DNA of 64,000 bases from Paludibacteraceae bacterium (GTDB lineage Bacteria; Bacteroidota; Bacteroidia; Bacteroidales; Paludibacteraceae): positions 4,613 through 68,612 of the forward strand of contig CAXXVQ010000010.1 in assembly GCA_963662245.2 (NCBI GenBank), in the 5' to 3' direction. How positions within the stretch are numbered: the stretch's first letter is position 1; every line of letters begins with the position of its first letter. Shown piece after piece: positions 10,543 to 19,311 of this stretch. Below the pieces are notes generated by a model. That model had not been told where the DNA came from, made no database searches, and worked only from the letters and a program-made list of their open reading frames with translations. The position numbers and the translations under genes were made by a program.

Positions 10543-11283
10543 ATGAAAAAAATAATTATAAGCTTAGCCATTTGTTTAGCAGCAGTATCAGTTTCGGCTC
10601 AAGCAGTTAAAGTGGCAGCTGCAGCAAATCTTAGAAATGTATTAACAGAGATCAAAGAGATGTACATAAAAGAATATCCTAAAGAAAAAGTAGATATTAC
10701 TTTTGGTTCATCAGGAAAACTAACGCAACAAATATTAAATGGTGCTCCTTTTGAATTCTTTATGGCTGCCAATAAAAAATACCCAATGAGTTTACAGACT
10801 AAAGGAGCAACATCTGGAAAAGTAGTTACCTATGCTTACGGAAAACTTGTAATGTGGAGTAGTAGTGTGGATGTTTCAAAAGGCAAAGCTTTATTAACCA
10901 GTGCTAGCGTAAAAAAAATATCTGTAGCTAAACCAGAAACAGCACCATATGGTGACAGAACTATTGAATATTTCAAACGACTTGGATTGTTTGAAGATTT
11001 AGGAAGTAAAATCGTATATGCAGATAATATTGCTCAAGCGGCACAATTTGCTTACACAGGAAATGCAGAACTAGGATTTACCGCTATGTCATTGGTATTG
11101 TCTCCGGATATGCAAAGCAAAGGTAAATATTACATTATTCCCGAAGATCAATATTCACCAATAGAGCAAGCTTGTGTGTTATTAAAATCATATAATTATA
11201 ACCCAAAAGCTGCAAAATTCATGAAATATGTTTTGGACAAAAAACTAGCTCCGGTTTGGGAAAAATGGGGATACAAGAACTAA
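10543..11283 (+). CDS. modA: molybdate ABC transporter substrate-binding protein
   Basis: Signal peptide, the AAAANL...FGSSG block, and APYG (ETAPYGDRT) typical of ModA. Confidence 0.85.
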   Translation: MKKIIISLAICLAAVSVSAQAVKVAAAANLRNVLTEIKEMYIKEYPKEKVDITFGSSGKLTQQILNGAPFEFFMAANKKYPMSLQTKGATSGKVVTYAYGKLVMWSSSVDVSKGKALLTSASVKKISVAKPETAPYGDRTIEYFKRLGLFEDLGSKIVYADNIAQAAQFAYTGNAELGFTAMSLVLSPDMQSKGKYYIIPEDQYSPIEQACVLLKSYNYNPKAAKFMKYVLDKKLAPVWEKWGYKN

Positions 11284-11379
11284 TGTGCTAATAACTCAAT
11301 ATGCTAATATGCCAATTAATATTACACATAAAATAGATGATATACATTGGCATATTGGCACATTAATCTAATTATAATT

Positions 11380-12048
11380 ATGAACGCCGAATTTATTGAT
11401 ACTCTTTGGATTACAGGGAAGTTAGCTTTTCTTACCACGCTAATATTGTTTATTATCGGGCTACCTGTTGCGTATTTCTTAAGCTTCGTGCGCTTTCGAG
11501 TTAAAGCGATTATAGAAGCTCTAATAAGTATGCCTATGGTACTGCCTCCAACAGTAATAGGATATTACATGCTAGTAGCATACAGTCCTAAAAATGCTTT
11601 TGGGGCGTGGCTAGAGAGTGCTTTAAATGTGCGTTTAGCTTTTAGTTTTGAGGGAGTTTTAATCGCTAGTGTGGTATTTGGACTGCCATTTATGATACAA
11701 CCTCTACAAAGTGGGTTAATGCAGTTGCCAAACAGCTTACGAGAAGCTTCATATACACTGGGAAAATCTAAAACAACCACTTTTTTCAGAGTGTTACTAC
11801 CTAATATTAAACCATCCATTATTACAGCCGTAGCTCTTACATTCGCGCACTGCATTGGTGAGTTCGGTATTGTGTTGATGGTAGGAGGTAACATGCCCGG
11901 AGAAACCAGAGTGGCATCTATCGCCATCTATGATGAAGTACAAGCCTTGAATTATGACACAGCAAATCAATATGCATTTGTACTATTTTTAGTGTCATTA
12001 GTGATCTTAACAGTTATTTATAGTGTAAAACAAAAACCCTTATTATAA
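11380..12048 (+). CDS. modB: molybdate ABC transporter permease
   Basis: Multi-TM protein with the EAA-like loop LREASYTLGKSKTTTFFRVLLP. The ATG at 11380 is preferred over the TTG at 11347. Confidence 0.85.
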   Translation: MNAEFIDTLWITGKLAFLTTLILFIIGLPVAYFLSFVRFRVKAIIEALISMPMVLPPTVIGYYMLVAYSPKNAFGAWLESALNVRLAFSFEGVLIASVVFGLPFMIQPLQSGLMQLPNSLREASYTLGKSKTTTFFRVLLPNIKPSIITAVALTFAHCIGEFGIVLMVGGNMPGETRVASIAIYDEVQALNYDTANQYAFVLFLVSLVILTVIYSVKQKPLL

Positions 12049-12707
12049 TGCTTAGTATTGATGTAAAAAGAACCATGTTAACCACTGACGGTGAAAGACA
12101 ATTACACTTAAATGTGGATATTCCTGTTGGAAAATTAGTATGTATCTTCGGAAAATCAGGAGCAGGTAAAACTACGACTTTACGCATGCTGGCAGGGCTT
12201 ATTGAACCGGAAGAGGGAAGTATTCGCTATGAAAACAATGTGTGGTTTGATTCTAAAAAGAAAATCAGGAGCAAACCTCAAGCTCGCGATATAGGTTACA
12301 TGTTTCAAGATTATGCTTTATTCCCAAATATGACTGTAGAAGGCAATATTCGCTTTGGACAAGTGGAACCAAATCAAGAAGAGGTGGAAAGATTACTTAC
12401 AATGTTTGATCTTACAAAACTTCGGAACCAAAAACCGCTGCGACTTTCTGGTGGACAAAAACAACGCTGTGCACTTGCGCGTGCTTTGGCGCGTAAACCG
12501 AAGTTGCTCTTGCTTGATGAGCCATTATCATCTCTAGATGCAGAAATGCGCATATCGCTTCAGGAGGAAATCCTAAAAGCACACAAGCACATGAATGTTA
12601 CTACCATAATGATTAGCCATGATCGTGAAGAAATTAAGAAAATGGCGGATTATGTAATCACCCTTAAAAAAGGGGAGTGTGAGTTATTAGAAGTGGTGAA
12701 TTTTTAA
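12048..12707 (+). CDS. modC: molybdate ABC transporter ATP-binding protein (short form, no TOBE tail)
   Basis: Walker A GKSGAGKTT, signature LSGGQKQR, Walker B LLLLDEP. Its start overlaps the modB stop. Confidence 0.8.
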   Translation: MLSIDVKRTMLTTDGERQLHLNVDIPVGKLVCIFGKSGAGKTTTLRMLAGLIEPEEGSIRYENNVWFDSKKKIRSKPQARDIGYMFQDYALFPNMTVEGNIRFGQVEPNQEEVERLLTMFDLTKLRNQKPLRLSGGQKQRCALARALARKPKLLLLDEPLSSLDAEMRISLQEEILKAHKHMNVTTIMISHDREEIKKMADYVITLKKGECELLEVVNF

Positions 12708-12943
12708 AACATTTCTAAAGAATAATAAGTAACCTTATATTCTTTGCCATCACTGGCAGTTGTCAAGTAATCCTTGACAACTGAAAATGAATCTAATTCA
12801 TTTTCTCTCAATATATTAACTATATGTAAGCTTATGTTTTGCTTGGAGGTGGCAAAAAGTTCTGCGAGTTGGTTTTGGTTCAACCACACGCTACCATCTT
12901 TGGCATAAAGTGCTAATTGAGGGGCAGAACAAAAGAAGCACAA
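12704..12943 (-). pseudogene. RhuM-family gene remnant (about 70 codons of the N-terminal region)
   Basis: VWLNQNQLAELF..SKQNISLHI.NI..E.EL...SVVK.YLTTA.DGK.Y...YY.L is the conserved RhuM N-terminal block. Full genes are about 330 aa. The remnant overlaps the modC stop. Confidence 0.55.
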
Positions 12944-13033
12944 AAGAGAAACATTTTAAAACCTTTGAGAAACAAAGCATTGAGGGTTTTGGTGTGATTC
13001 GGTCGACTGGATAAACACTGGTGAGTGACTGGT

Positions 13034-13053
13034 CTAAAAACGGCTAAAAACGG
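13034..13053 (+). repeat. perfect tandem 10-mer CTAAAAACGG x2 near the prophage left end
   Basis: Read directly from the sequence: ctaaaaacggctaaaaacgg. Confidence 0.8.
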
Positions 13054-13056
13054 CAT

Positions 13057-13108
13057 AAAATAGGCACTTATACGGATACCATACGGTAAAAGTATAAGTG
13101 CCTATTTT
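13057..13108. terminator. 17-bp perfect hairpin (terminator of the minus structural arm)
   Basis: AAAATAGGCACTTATAC / GTATAAGTGCCTATTTT with an 18-nt loop, flanked by A/T runs on both sides. Confidence 0.6.
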
Positions 13109-13220
13109 GTTTTGCTAATTGATAATATCATGTTATCATCAATGCGTGCATATTGTTTCAAATCGAATGATAACAAAAGTGTTTTTATTGAATTGCCATA
13201 ATTTAAACTTTTGTAGAGTT

Positions 13221-13739
13221 TTAAAGTTCCATAGAATTGAGGCTTCCAAAGATGTTTAAAGTCTCAAAGTAACCAAGTATTTGCTGTGGATTATCACCTA
13301 TTAAGTCCTTATTATAACTCTCGAACTCATATGTTTGGGTGTGATAGTTAGTAACAGGGTCGTCATTGGTGTTTTCATTTATAAATACAAGTGGTTTTGA
13401 ACCTCCTATTTTACAACCTTCTAATAGCTCTTGTATCTTTCCATTGTAAATAAACCGCTTAAAACCGTCTGCTCGTTGCTCTGAAATGTTAGATGCACTT
13501 GGTGTTGTATCTGTTACGATATGAAGCGTGAGCGTAACTAAACGGGCTTTACCAATGCCTTGTCCTTGCATAGAGTAATCAACAAATATGGCAGGTAACG
13601 GAAAGTACTCGTAAAGCTCAGGTTCTAAAGGCTGGGTTCGGTAAACATCCAAAAAGAAATTACCATCTACACCAGCATCGGTAAATAAGGACTTATTATC
13701 ATCAAACTTTTTGTAAAGGTCGTATAATGCTTGTAACAT
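13221..13739 (-). CDS. hypothetical virion-associated protein
   Basis: 172-aa ORF, last in the minus structural arm and tightly packed after the gpG-like gene. Confidence 0.5.
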   Translation of the reverse strand: MLQALYDLYKKFDDNKSLFTDAGVDGNFFLDVYRTQPLEPELYEYFPLPAIFVDYSMQGQGIGKARLVTLTLHIVTDTTPSASNISEQRADGFKRFIYNGKIQELLEGCKIGGSKPLVFINENTNDDPVTNYHTQTYEFESYNKDLIGDNPQQILGYFETLNIFGSLNSMEL

Positions 13740-13743
13740 ATTG

Positions 13744-14280
13744 TTATTGTTTTAAAGCCTTGGCAAAGCGTGAGGCTGCTAGTAAATAAATGCGTCTATT
13801 TAATGTGTAGCTTGCTCCAATAAATGGGCGTGCAGGTATTCTTGTATTCATCTTACGGTTATGCGACTTAACCATGTGTGCGCTTACTGATTCGCTTCTG
13901 CCTTTTCTATTCCTTGAAAAGGACTTGACATTGTGCGCTTTCACCTTGACATTAGAGTTAAGAACACCGCCATTATTATGCACCTCTGCATAAGGCACAT
14001 CTGTGCCAATGATAACTTTATTACTATCGGCATAAATCTTACGGATACTTCGTTTTAAACGCCCAGTACCATACAGTAATGTTTGGCTTCTTTTTTTACC
14101 TACACGCCTTGATTTGCGTTGTTTCCACGGTTCTTTAGTTGAATCGAGCCATGCTTGGTCTCGAAATCTTTCCTTGCTAAAGTTTACAGCAACGGCAGCA
14201 ATCTCAACTGGTAGCTTAGCATTCGCTTTGGATAGTGCATCGATTTTACGATAAAGGTCTGTTAAATCTACTTTACTCAT
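13744..14280 (-). CDS. phage virion morphogenesis protein (Mu gpG / HK97 gp10-like)
   Basis: TLLYGTGRLKRSI, IGTDVPYAEVHNNGG and PARPFIG blocks are typical of this family. Confidence 0.65.
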   Translation of the reverse strand: MSKVDLTDLYRKIDALSKANAKLPVEIAAVAVNFSKERFRDQAWLDSTKEPWKQRKSRRVGKKRSQTLLYGTGRLKRSIRKIYADSNKVIIGTDVPYAEVHNNGGVLNSNVKVKAHNVKSFSRNRKGRSESVSAHMVKSHNRKMNTRIPARPFIGASYTLNRRIYLLAASRFAKALKQ

Positions 14281-14282
14281 AA

Positions 14283-16196
14283 CTATAAGGATAATTCAGT
14301 ACTACGAACTACACGCAAAAACATTTCAGTCATCCATCTTTCGAGTTCATCTTTGTTCATGCCATTGATTGACTGGTGTTGAGGTGAAAAGCCTTTGATA
14401 AAGCTATCAATATTAACTGTGATGTTCTTAGTTTGACTACCTCCACTTATTTTTTTAGCATCTTCAGTTGAGGTGTCTGTTGTGTTATCTCTTTTTTTCG
14501 TTTCACCTAGTGGAGACTTTGGTGTGCCATTAGCCCAAAATTTATTAGGGTCTTTTAGAGAGCCATTTGCCCAGTGAGTAGCGTCTGCTTGAGACTTAAC
14601 AACTCTTGTTTTAACATCGATTACTTTAGTGCCTGAAAGTAGCTCCTTAATCCAAACATAGGCTTTCTCAATTGCATTTATTATTGGCATTACAACTTCA
14701 TCCCATATAACCATTATATTAGCTCCTAGGGCTTTTATCGCTTCACCTACAAGCCAAAAAGCTTTACCTATTGCCCAAGCGATATCTTGTAGCAATACGG
14801 AATTCTTCATAAATGATATTATGCCTGAAACGATTCCAGATAACACTGTCCAAATAGTGCTCAAAATGGTTTTTATATATCCAAAATACTGCTGAACCAA
14901 CTCAACATAAGGTACCCACTCTTGACTGATTTTTGTTGAGCCATCTAAATAACCAAATATCTCAGTTAGGAAATCGGATACAGGCTGTAAAACCTTTGCT
15001 ACTAAAGGCAAAAACTTTAAACCAATGGTGTCCATAATAGTATCCCATTGATTGCCTATTATTTTCTTTAATGTTTCGGGGTCTTGTTTTGCGTTTGCTA
15101 GTGCATCATTAAGATTGAATTTAGTGTTATCATAGGTGTCCATTGTTTTGAAAAAGTCTTCAGAACCTGTACGCAATTTTCCAAACAAAGACACTAAACC
15201 TTCAGGGCCACCTACATCACCCATAAAGTTGTTAAACTTCTTGTCACTCATGGTGTCAATCTTACCCGATGTTTGTTTGATAATGTCATCAAACTGGCGC
15301 ATTTTACCGCTACTATCGTACACCGCAACCCCATATTTTTCGAGTTGACCAAGCACTTTAGGGTCTGCTAATCCTTGAAAAGCGGTTTTAGTTAAGTTGG
15401 CTGCCGTATCTGCATTTTTAGCAATGGAGGTAAAGGCTGCAAACATCTTATTTGCGGTGTCTACACTTTGCCCTGTGGCTGATGCTGCACCTGCATATTC
15501 GGTCTGAACCTCTGCAAGCTGGGCAAAGTTTACAATACCTGTTTGAACCGTTTTAGCATTACTCTCGAGCAATGCTTGTACATCACTTGTACCAAGTCCA
15601 AAGGCTTTCATTGCTTTAGTGGTGGAGTTGATACTATCGCCAAAGTCTGCTTGTGTGGCAATGGAGTAATTACCTACCAGTGTTGCAATCTTTGTAGCAT
15701 CGCTACCATATACGCCCAGTGCCGATTGAAGATTATAATAGCCCTCGGCCATCATATCGTTATTTACACCAGTGACTAATGCAGTTCTATTGATTTCACT
15801 ACGGTAACGGTCTAGTTCCTGCCTGCTTTTGTCTAGATTAAGCTGCCGTATGTTCATAAACTTATGTTCGAACTTAGTTGCACCGTCTATGGCTGAATAA
15901 AAAGCCATACCAAGCCCGACCACAGCAGCTGCAGCCAGCACATAGGGGTTTGTAAGTAATTCGACGGCTCTACCTAGACCAGGTATCTCATCTTTTACGG
16001 CACTAAATGCTTCAATATTCTTCATTTTGAACGCATCTAGCTTGCCTTGTATTTGTCCAGTTGACTTTTCTACCTGCTTTTTAGCCCCATCAAGGCCAGC
16101 CTTGAGGTTATTTTTTAGGTCGATAAGTAACTGAAGTTTAGCTAATCCTGAAGCCATATTGTATTTATTTAAAAAATGTTTGTAACTTTGTGTCAA
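14283..16196 (-). CDS. tail tape measure protein
   Basis: 637 aa. Coiled-coil N-terminus, a TP901-type core (ATQADFGDSINSTTKAMKAFG...) and hydrophobic C-terminal segments. Confidence 0.75.
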   Translation of the reverse strand: MTQSYKHFLNKYNMASGLAKLQLLIDLKNNLKAGLDGAKKQVEKSTGQIQGKLDAFKMKNIEAFSAVKDEIPGLGRAVELLTNPYVLAAAAVVGLGMAFYSAIDGATKFEHKFMNIRQLNLDKSRQELDRYRSEINRTALVTGVNNDMMAEGYYNLQSALGVYGSDATKIATLVGNYSIATQADFGDSINSTTKAMKAFGLGTSDVQALLESNAKTVQTGIVNFAQLAEVQTEYAGAASATGQSVDTANKMFAAFTSIAKNADTAANLTKTAFQGLADPKVLGQLEKYGVAVYDSSGKMRQFDDIIKQTSGKIDTMSDKKFNNFMGDVGGPEGLVSLFGKLRTGSEDFFKTMDTYDNTKFNLNDALANAKQDPETLKKIIGNQWDTIMDTIGLKFLPLVAKVLQPVSDFLTEIFGYLDGSTKISQEWVPYVELVQQYFGYIKTILSTIWTVLSGIVSGIISFMKNSVLLQDIAWAIGKAFWLVGEAIKALGANIMVIWDEVVMPIINAIEKAYVWIKELLSGTKVIDVKTRVVKSQADATHWANGSLKDPNKFWANGTPKSPLGETKKRDNTTDTSTEDAKKISGGSQTKNITVNIDSFIKGFSPQHQSINGMNKDELERWMTEMFLRVVRSTELSL

Positions 16197-16300
16197 AGAA
16201 AACAGTTAGATGTTTGAATGCTTAGACAATGCGTAAGTAGACCTAGGCTTAGTAAGAGCTATTCTTTACGAATATCCACCTTCGCAGCTAACTGTTTTTC

Positions 16301-18835
16301 TTATTTTATCAATAACCCTCCACGAGTTGCGTTTTTATCTCCTGCCTTATCAAAATACCAAGTTTTCACGCTCAAACCATCTGGTGTAATTTCGCAATCG
16401 ACAATCACTGACTCATTGTTGTAAAACTTCAAGTAGCGCACTTGCTCTTTCGTTTTATTGTATGTTCTAAGATATACCTCACTTGGATTCTTCAATACAT
16501 CTTCAATGAATGGAAACAATTGATGTCTATTCTTTATATCACCTACATAATCGCCTTTTAAATGCTTTGTAAAGTCGATTTCTTTTAAGATTAGTTTGCG
16601 ACCTAAATAGTCATCATACCCCATTGCATCAAAGCCTTTAGTACCAGCATTGTTTTTAAATAGCTCTCGGATGTTATCGGGCGTAATTGTTTTATCAAGT
16701 GAGATAGGTTTAAGTTCCTTTTGCAATTCTGCAAGTGGTTTTAAACCATAGTCGCTATATGAGTATTTGTTCAGCTCCTTAGTATTACCTTCTAGCGAAC
16801 TTAAGTACATTTGATTTTGAGTAAAAACCACACCTGTGTCAGCTCTATTAATAGCAAACATTGCCTTTTGCTTTTTATCAGGAAATACAATATCAATCCA
16901 CTCTTTTCCATTCTCTACATTTGTGGCTTGAGGTTCTTGTAGCCCCTCACATCTGCATTCATAGCCATTTGGTGGCCATAGTCTGCGAGCCTGTACATCG
17001 TCAAACGAAAACACTCTGCCGTCGAGCTTCTCGTGTTCATCACGCACATGGTTGTCGCCAATGGTTTGATAACGCCAGTTTCCTATAATTCCTTTTTCAC
17101 CCATAAACTCGAACCAACGAGCGGAGTTCTGACCTGTGGCAATGGCAAAGTTTCTTTCGGTGCGCAAGTAGCGTTCGTTAAATGTGCTATTGATAGCCTT
17201 AGCCTGTTTGATAAAGTCGCTCTCGGAGCGTATTTCTAACTTATCTTTATCAATCAAAAGCCTATTAAGCATTAATACCTCGGCACTACTCTTGGCATTG
17301 GCAAACTTAAATAGGTTCATTTCCATCATTGAGAGGGCTCGATGGTCGGGAGCGTTCCATGATACTTCCATGCGTCGGTCGCTCCACCCATCAAACAAAC
17401 CTCCTCGCAGTTCTTCAGCAATGCGTTTGCCTTTGAGTAAGCGTTGTTTTTCTACCTCACTGGTGTTGCCACTCCAAAGCAGCTGATGTATTAGATTATC
17501 AAAGTTTGATAATTCATTCATCAACTCGGGGTCGAAACCCTGTGCTGTTGGTGTATTACTTGTTTGATATATGGGCAAACGAACGGCACAGGCCACAGCT
17601 ATTGCCCCTAATGCTGTGGCCATATTAAAATTTGCGTTAGGGTCTGTTGGAGCTTTAGCTTTCTTTCCTATTATTGGTAAGTTGAAAGTTTTCTTTACCT
17701 CCTCATCGTCAAGCTCGTAATATTGAAGTGCATCGCTTGTAATTTTCCATTGTTCACTCAAGGTTAAGTCCTCGGTTTCGTCAAATTGGAAGCGCATTTT
17801 AGTATTGTCAAAAGGCAAACCTAGCTTTTGAAGCAATGGAAATAGTTTATCATTAACCACAAACGCAATCATTCTTTTGTCGCTCAATGAAATTTTATCG
17901 TCCAAGGTGTCGGCATGAACCTGTGTTTGTGCTCTGTTTGCACCCTCATCTACCATAGTGGTAGAGCCAACCATGCGTTTGCTTGTTTGGTTATCTTGAA
18001 ACTTAGCGTTTTCGATGTATGTTTTTTCGGGGTTACCAGCGTTAGCAAGGTCATGTACAGTTATTTCGCTACCCTTTGGTAATACACCTGTTCCTGCCTC
18101 ACCCAATGATTTAAGTCCGCTCTCAATTCTTGGCACATCCTGCTTGTTTGCTGTTGTTGCAGTGATTAAAGGCATACCAAAACGCTCTGTAAATTCTGCA
18201 TACGACTGCAAAGCGTTTCGCTTCCAAATAACATTGGGAGCAACATCATTGATAAGCCCAAACTTTGAGCTATGGAGTATTTCAATAACGCTTGGTTCTA
18301 AAGAGTAGTCAATGTATTTATTACCTGCTACCTCCAAATACATGCGTTTAAGTTGGGGACAAACATTTCGTCTCGGTATGTGTTGTACAGAAATAATTCC
18401 TTTGTTATTGAATACCTGAAGCACTGTGTACTTTTTGAATATTGCATCCAGTGCGTGCTCAATAAACTCATAAAACCAAGCCTTATCCAGCATTTTGTTT
18501 TGCTCGTCAAGTTGTGTCCCCGAGCTAATGTCGGTAACATAAAATCTGTGGTTTAATGTAGATGCTTTTCTAAGGTCTATTACAGAGGCCAAATGAGCAT
18601 CTAAGATTAAATCATCATATAAATCTTGTATTGCGTACCAGCGTGAGTCATCGGTGTTTTCGGCAAGCTTTAAAGCATTGCGCCATTTGTCTATATCCTT
18701 ACGGCTACGGTCTTGAAATTCTTGCGAGATTTTAAGAATCAAGTCATTTGTTTTACTCTGACTTGCTGCAGTTGCCAATGCGCTAGGTTGCAAACCCTTT
18801 GCAAGTGCATATCTATCGTTTAAACTTAAAGTCAT
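16301..18835 (-). CDS. portal protein fused to a Mu F / SPP1 gp7-like head morphogenesis domain, plus a 214-aa C-terminal extension
   Basis: 844 aa. A portal-sized N-terminal half is followed by the MuF motif HVRDEHEKLDGRVF...WPPNGYECRC and an extra domain (16301-16945). Confidence 0.7.
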   Translation of the reverse strand: MTLSLNDRYALAKGLQPSALATAASQSKTNDLILKISQEFQDRSRKDIDKWRNALKLAENTDDSRWYAIQDLYDDLILDAHLASVIDLRKASTLNHRFYVTDISSGTQLDEQNKMLDKAWFYEFIEHALDAIFKKYTVLQVFNNKGIISVQHIPRRNVCPQLKRMYLEVAGNKYIDYSLEPSVIEILHSSKFGLINDVAPNVIWKRNALQSYAEFTERFGMPLITATTANKQDVPRIESGLKSLGEAGTGVLPKGSEITVHDLANAGNPEKTYIENAKFQDNQTSKRMVGSTTMVDEGANRAQTQVHADTLDDKISLSDKRMIAFVVNDKLFPLLQKLGLPFDNTKMRFQFDETEDLTLSEQWKITSDALQYYELDDEEVKKTFNLPIIGKKAKAPTDPNANFNMATALGAIAVACAVRLPIYQTSNTPTAQGFDPELMNELSNFDNLIHQLLWSGNTSEVEKQRLLKGKRIAEELRGGLFDGWSDRRMEVSWNAPDHRALSMMEMNLFKFANAKSSAEVLMLNRLLIDKDKLEIRSESDFIKQAKAINSTFNERYLRTERNFAIATGQNSARWFEFMGEKGIIGNWRYQTIGDNHVRDEHEKLDGRVFSFDDVQARRLWPPNGYECRCEGLQEPQATNVENGKEWIDIVFPDKKQKAMFAINRADTGVVFTQNQMYLSSLEGNTKELNKYSYSDYGLKPLAELQKELKPISLDKTITPDNIRELFKNNAGTKGFDAMGYDDYLGRKLILKEIDFTKHLKGDYVGDIKNRHQLFPFIEDVLKNPSEVYLRTYNKTKEQVRYLKFYNNESVIVDCEITPDGLSVKTWYFDKAGDKNATRGGLLIK

Positions 18836-18856
18836 TTTAAATTACATTTAAAGGGT

Positions 18857-19309
18857 TTACCATTTGTGATTTGAAGGTGTACGGCTGTTTAGCCTAAACT
18901 CACTATACTCTTCACCTGTTGCTTCGTCTACAATTACAGGTAGGTCTGCCAATGTTTCGCCATTGCCTACATCTTTAAGCCAGTCCAAAGCATCTTGATA
19001 GCGTTGGCTGCGATGTTCGGGCACATCTTTAGCTCCTGTTTGGCTATAAAGATGATACAGCGTAATGTCAATGCTAATTGTTACAATCCACTGGTCTCTA
19101 TTATCTATTTCTTCACTCTCTGCAGGTGCAAATATTTGAGAACAATCGTATCGTTTACTGATGCGGTTTCTAATCTGAGCAATGGCCGTGTTCTCGGCTC
19201 TTAATAGTTTGGCCGTGTTAAACCACTCATCGCTGTTTGAAGTTAAAAGCCTGAGTATTTCAGCTTTTATTTGCATGGAATAATCTTCCTGTTTGATAAA
19301 TCGTGCCAT
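18857..19309 (-). CDS. Mu gp36-like protein (DUF1320 family)
   Basis: MARFIKQEDY..., ITLYHLYS and RYQDALDWLKDV follow the DUF1320 pattern. Confidence 0.6.
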   Translation of the reverse strand: MARFIKQEDYSMQIKAEILRLLTSNSDEWFNTAKLLRAENTAIAQIRNRISKRYDCSQIFAPAESEEIDNRDQWIVTISIDITLYHLYSQTGAKDVPEHRSQRYQDALDWLKDVGNGETLADLPVIVDEATGEEYSEFRLNSRTPSNHKW

Positions 19310-19311
19310 AG

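Noticed and set aside
11347-11366. TTGGCATATTGGCACATTAA, upstream of modB, considered as a sigma-54 promoter.
   Set aside because: Neither TGGCA copy has a GC, or even a G, at the required GG-N10-GC spacing. The sequence also lies inside the phased CTAAT/CCAAT spacer, only 15-30 nt from the ATG.
13119-13128. The 10-bp direct repeat TTGATAATAT (also at 46501-46510), considered as a target-site duplication or att core flanking the prophage.
   Set aside because: Mu-type transposition gives 5-bp duplications. Taking these as boundaries would leave the right-hand repeat array (46511-46620) outside the element and no end sequences inside it. An AT-rich 10-mer can recur by chance. It is kept only as a note under the end-mapping finding.
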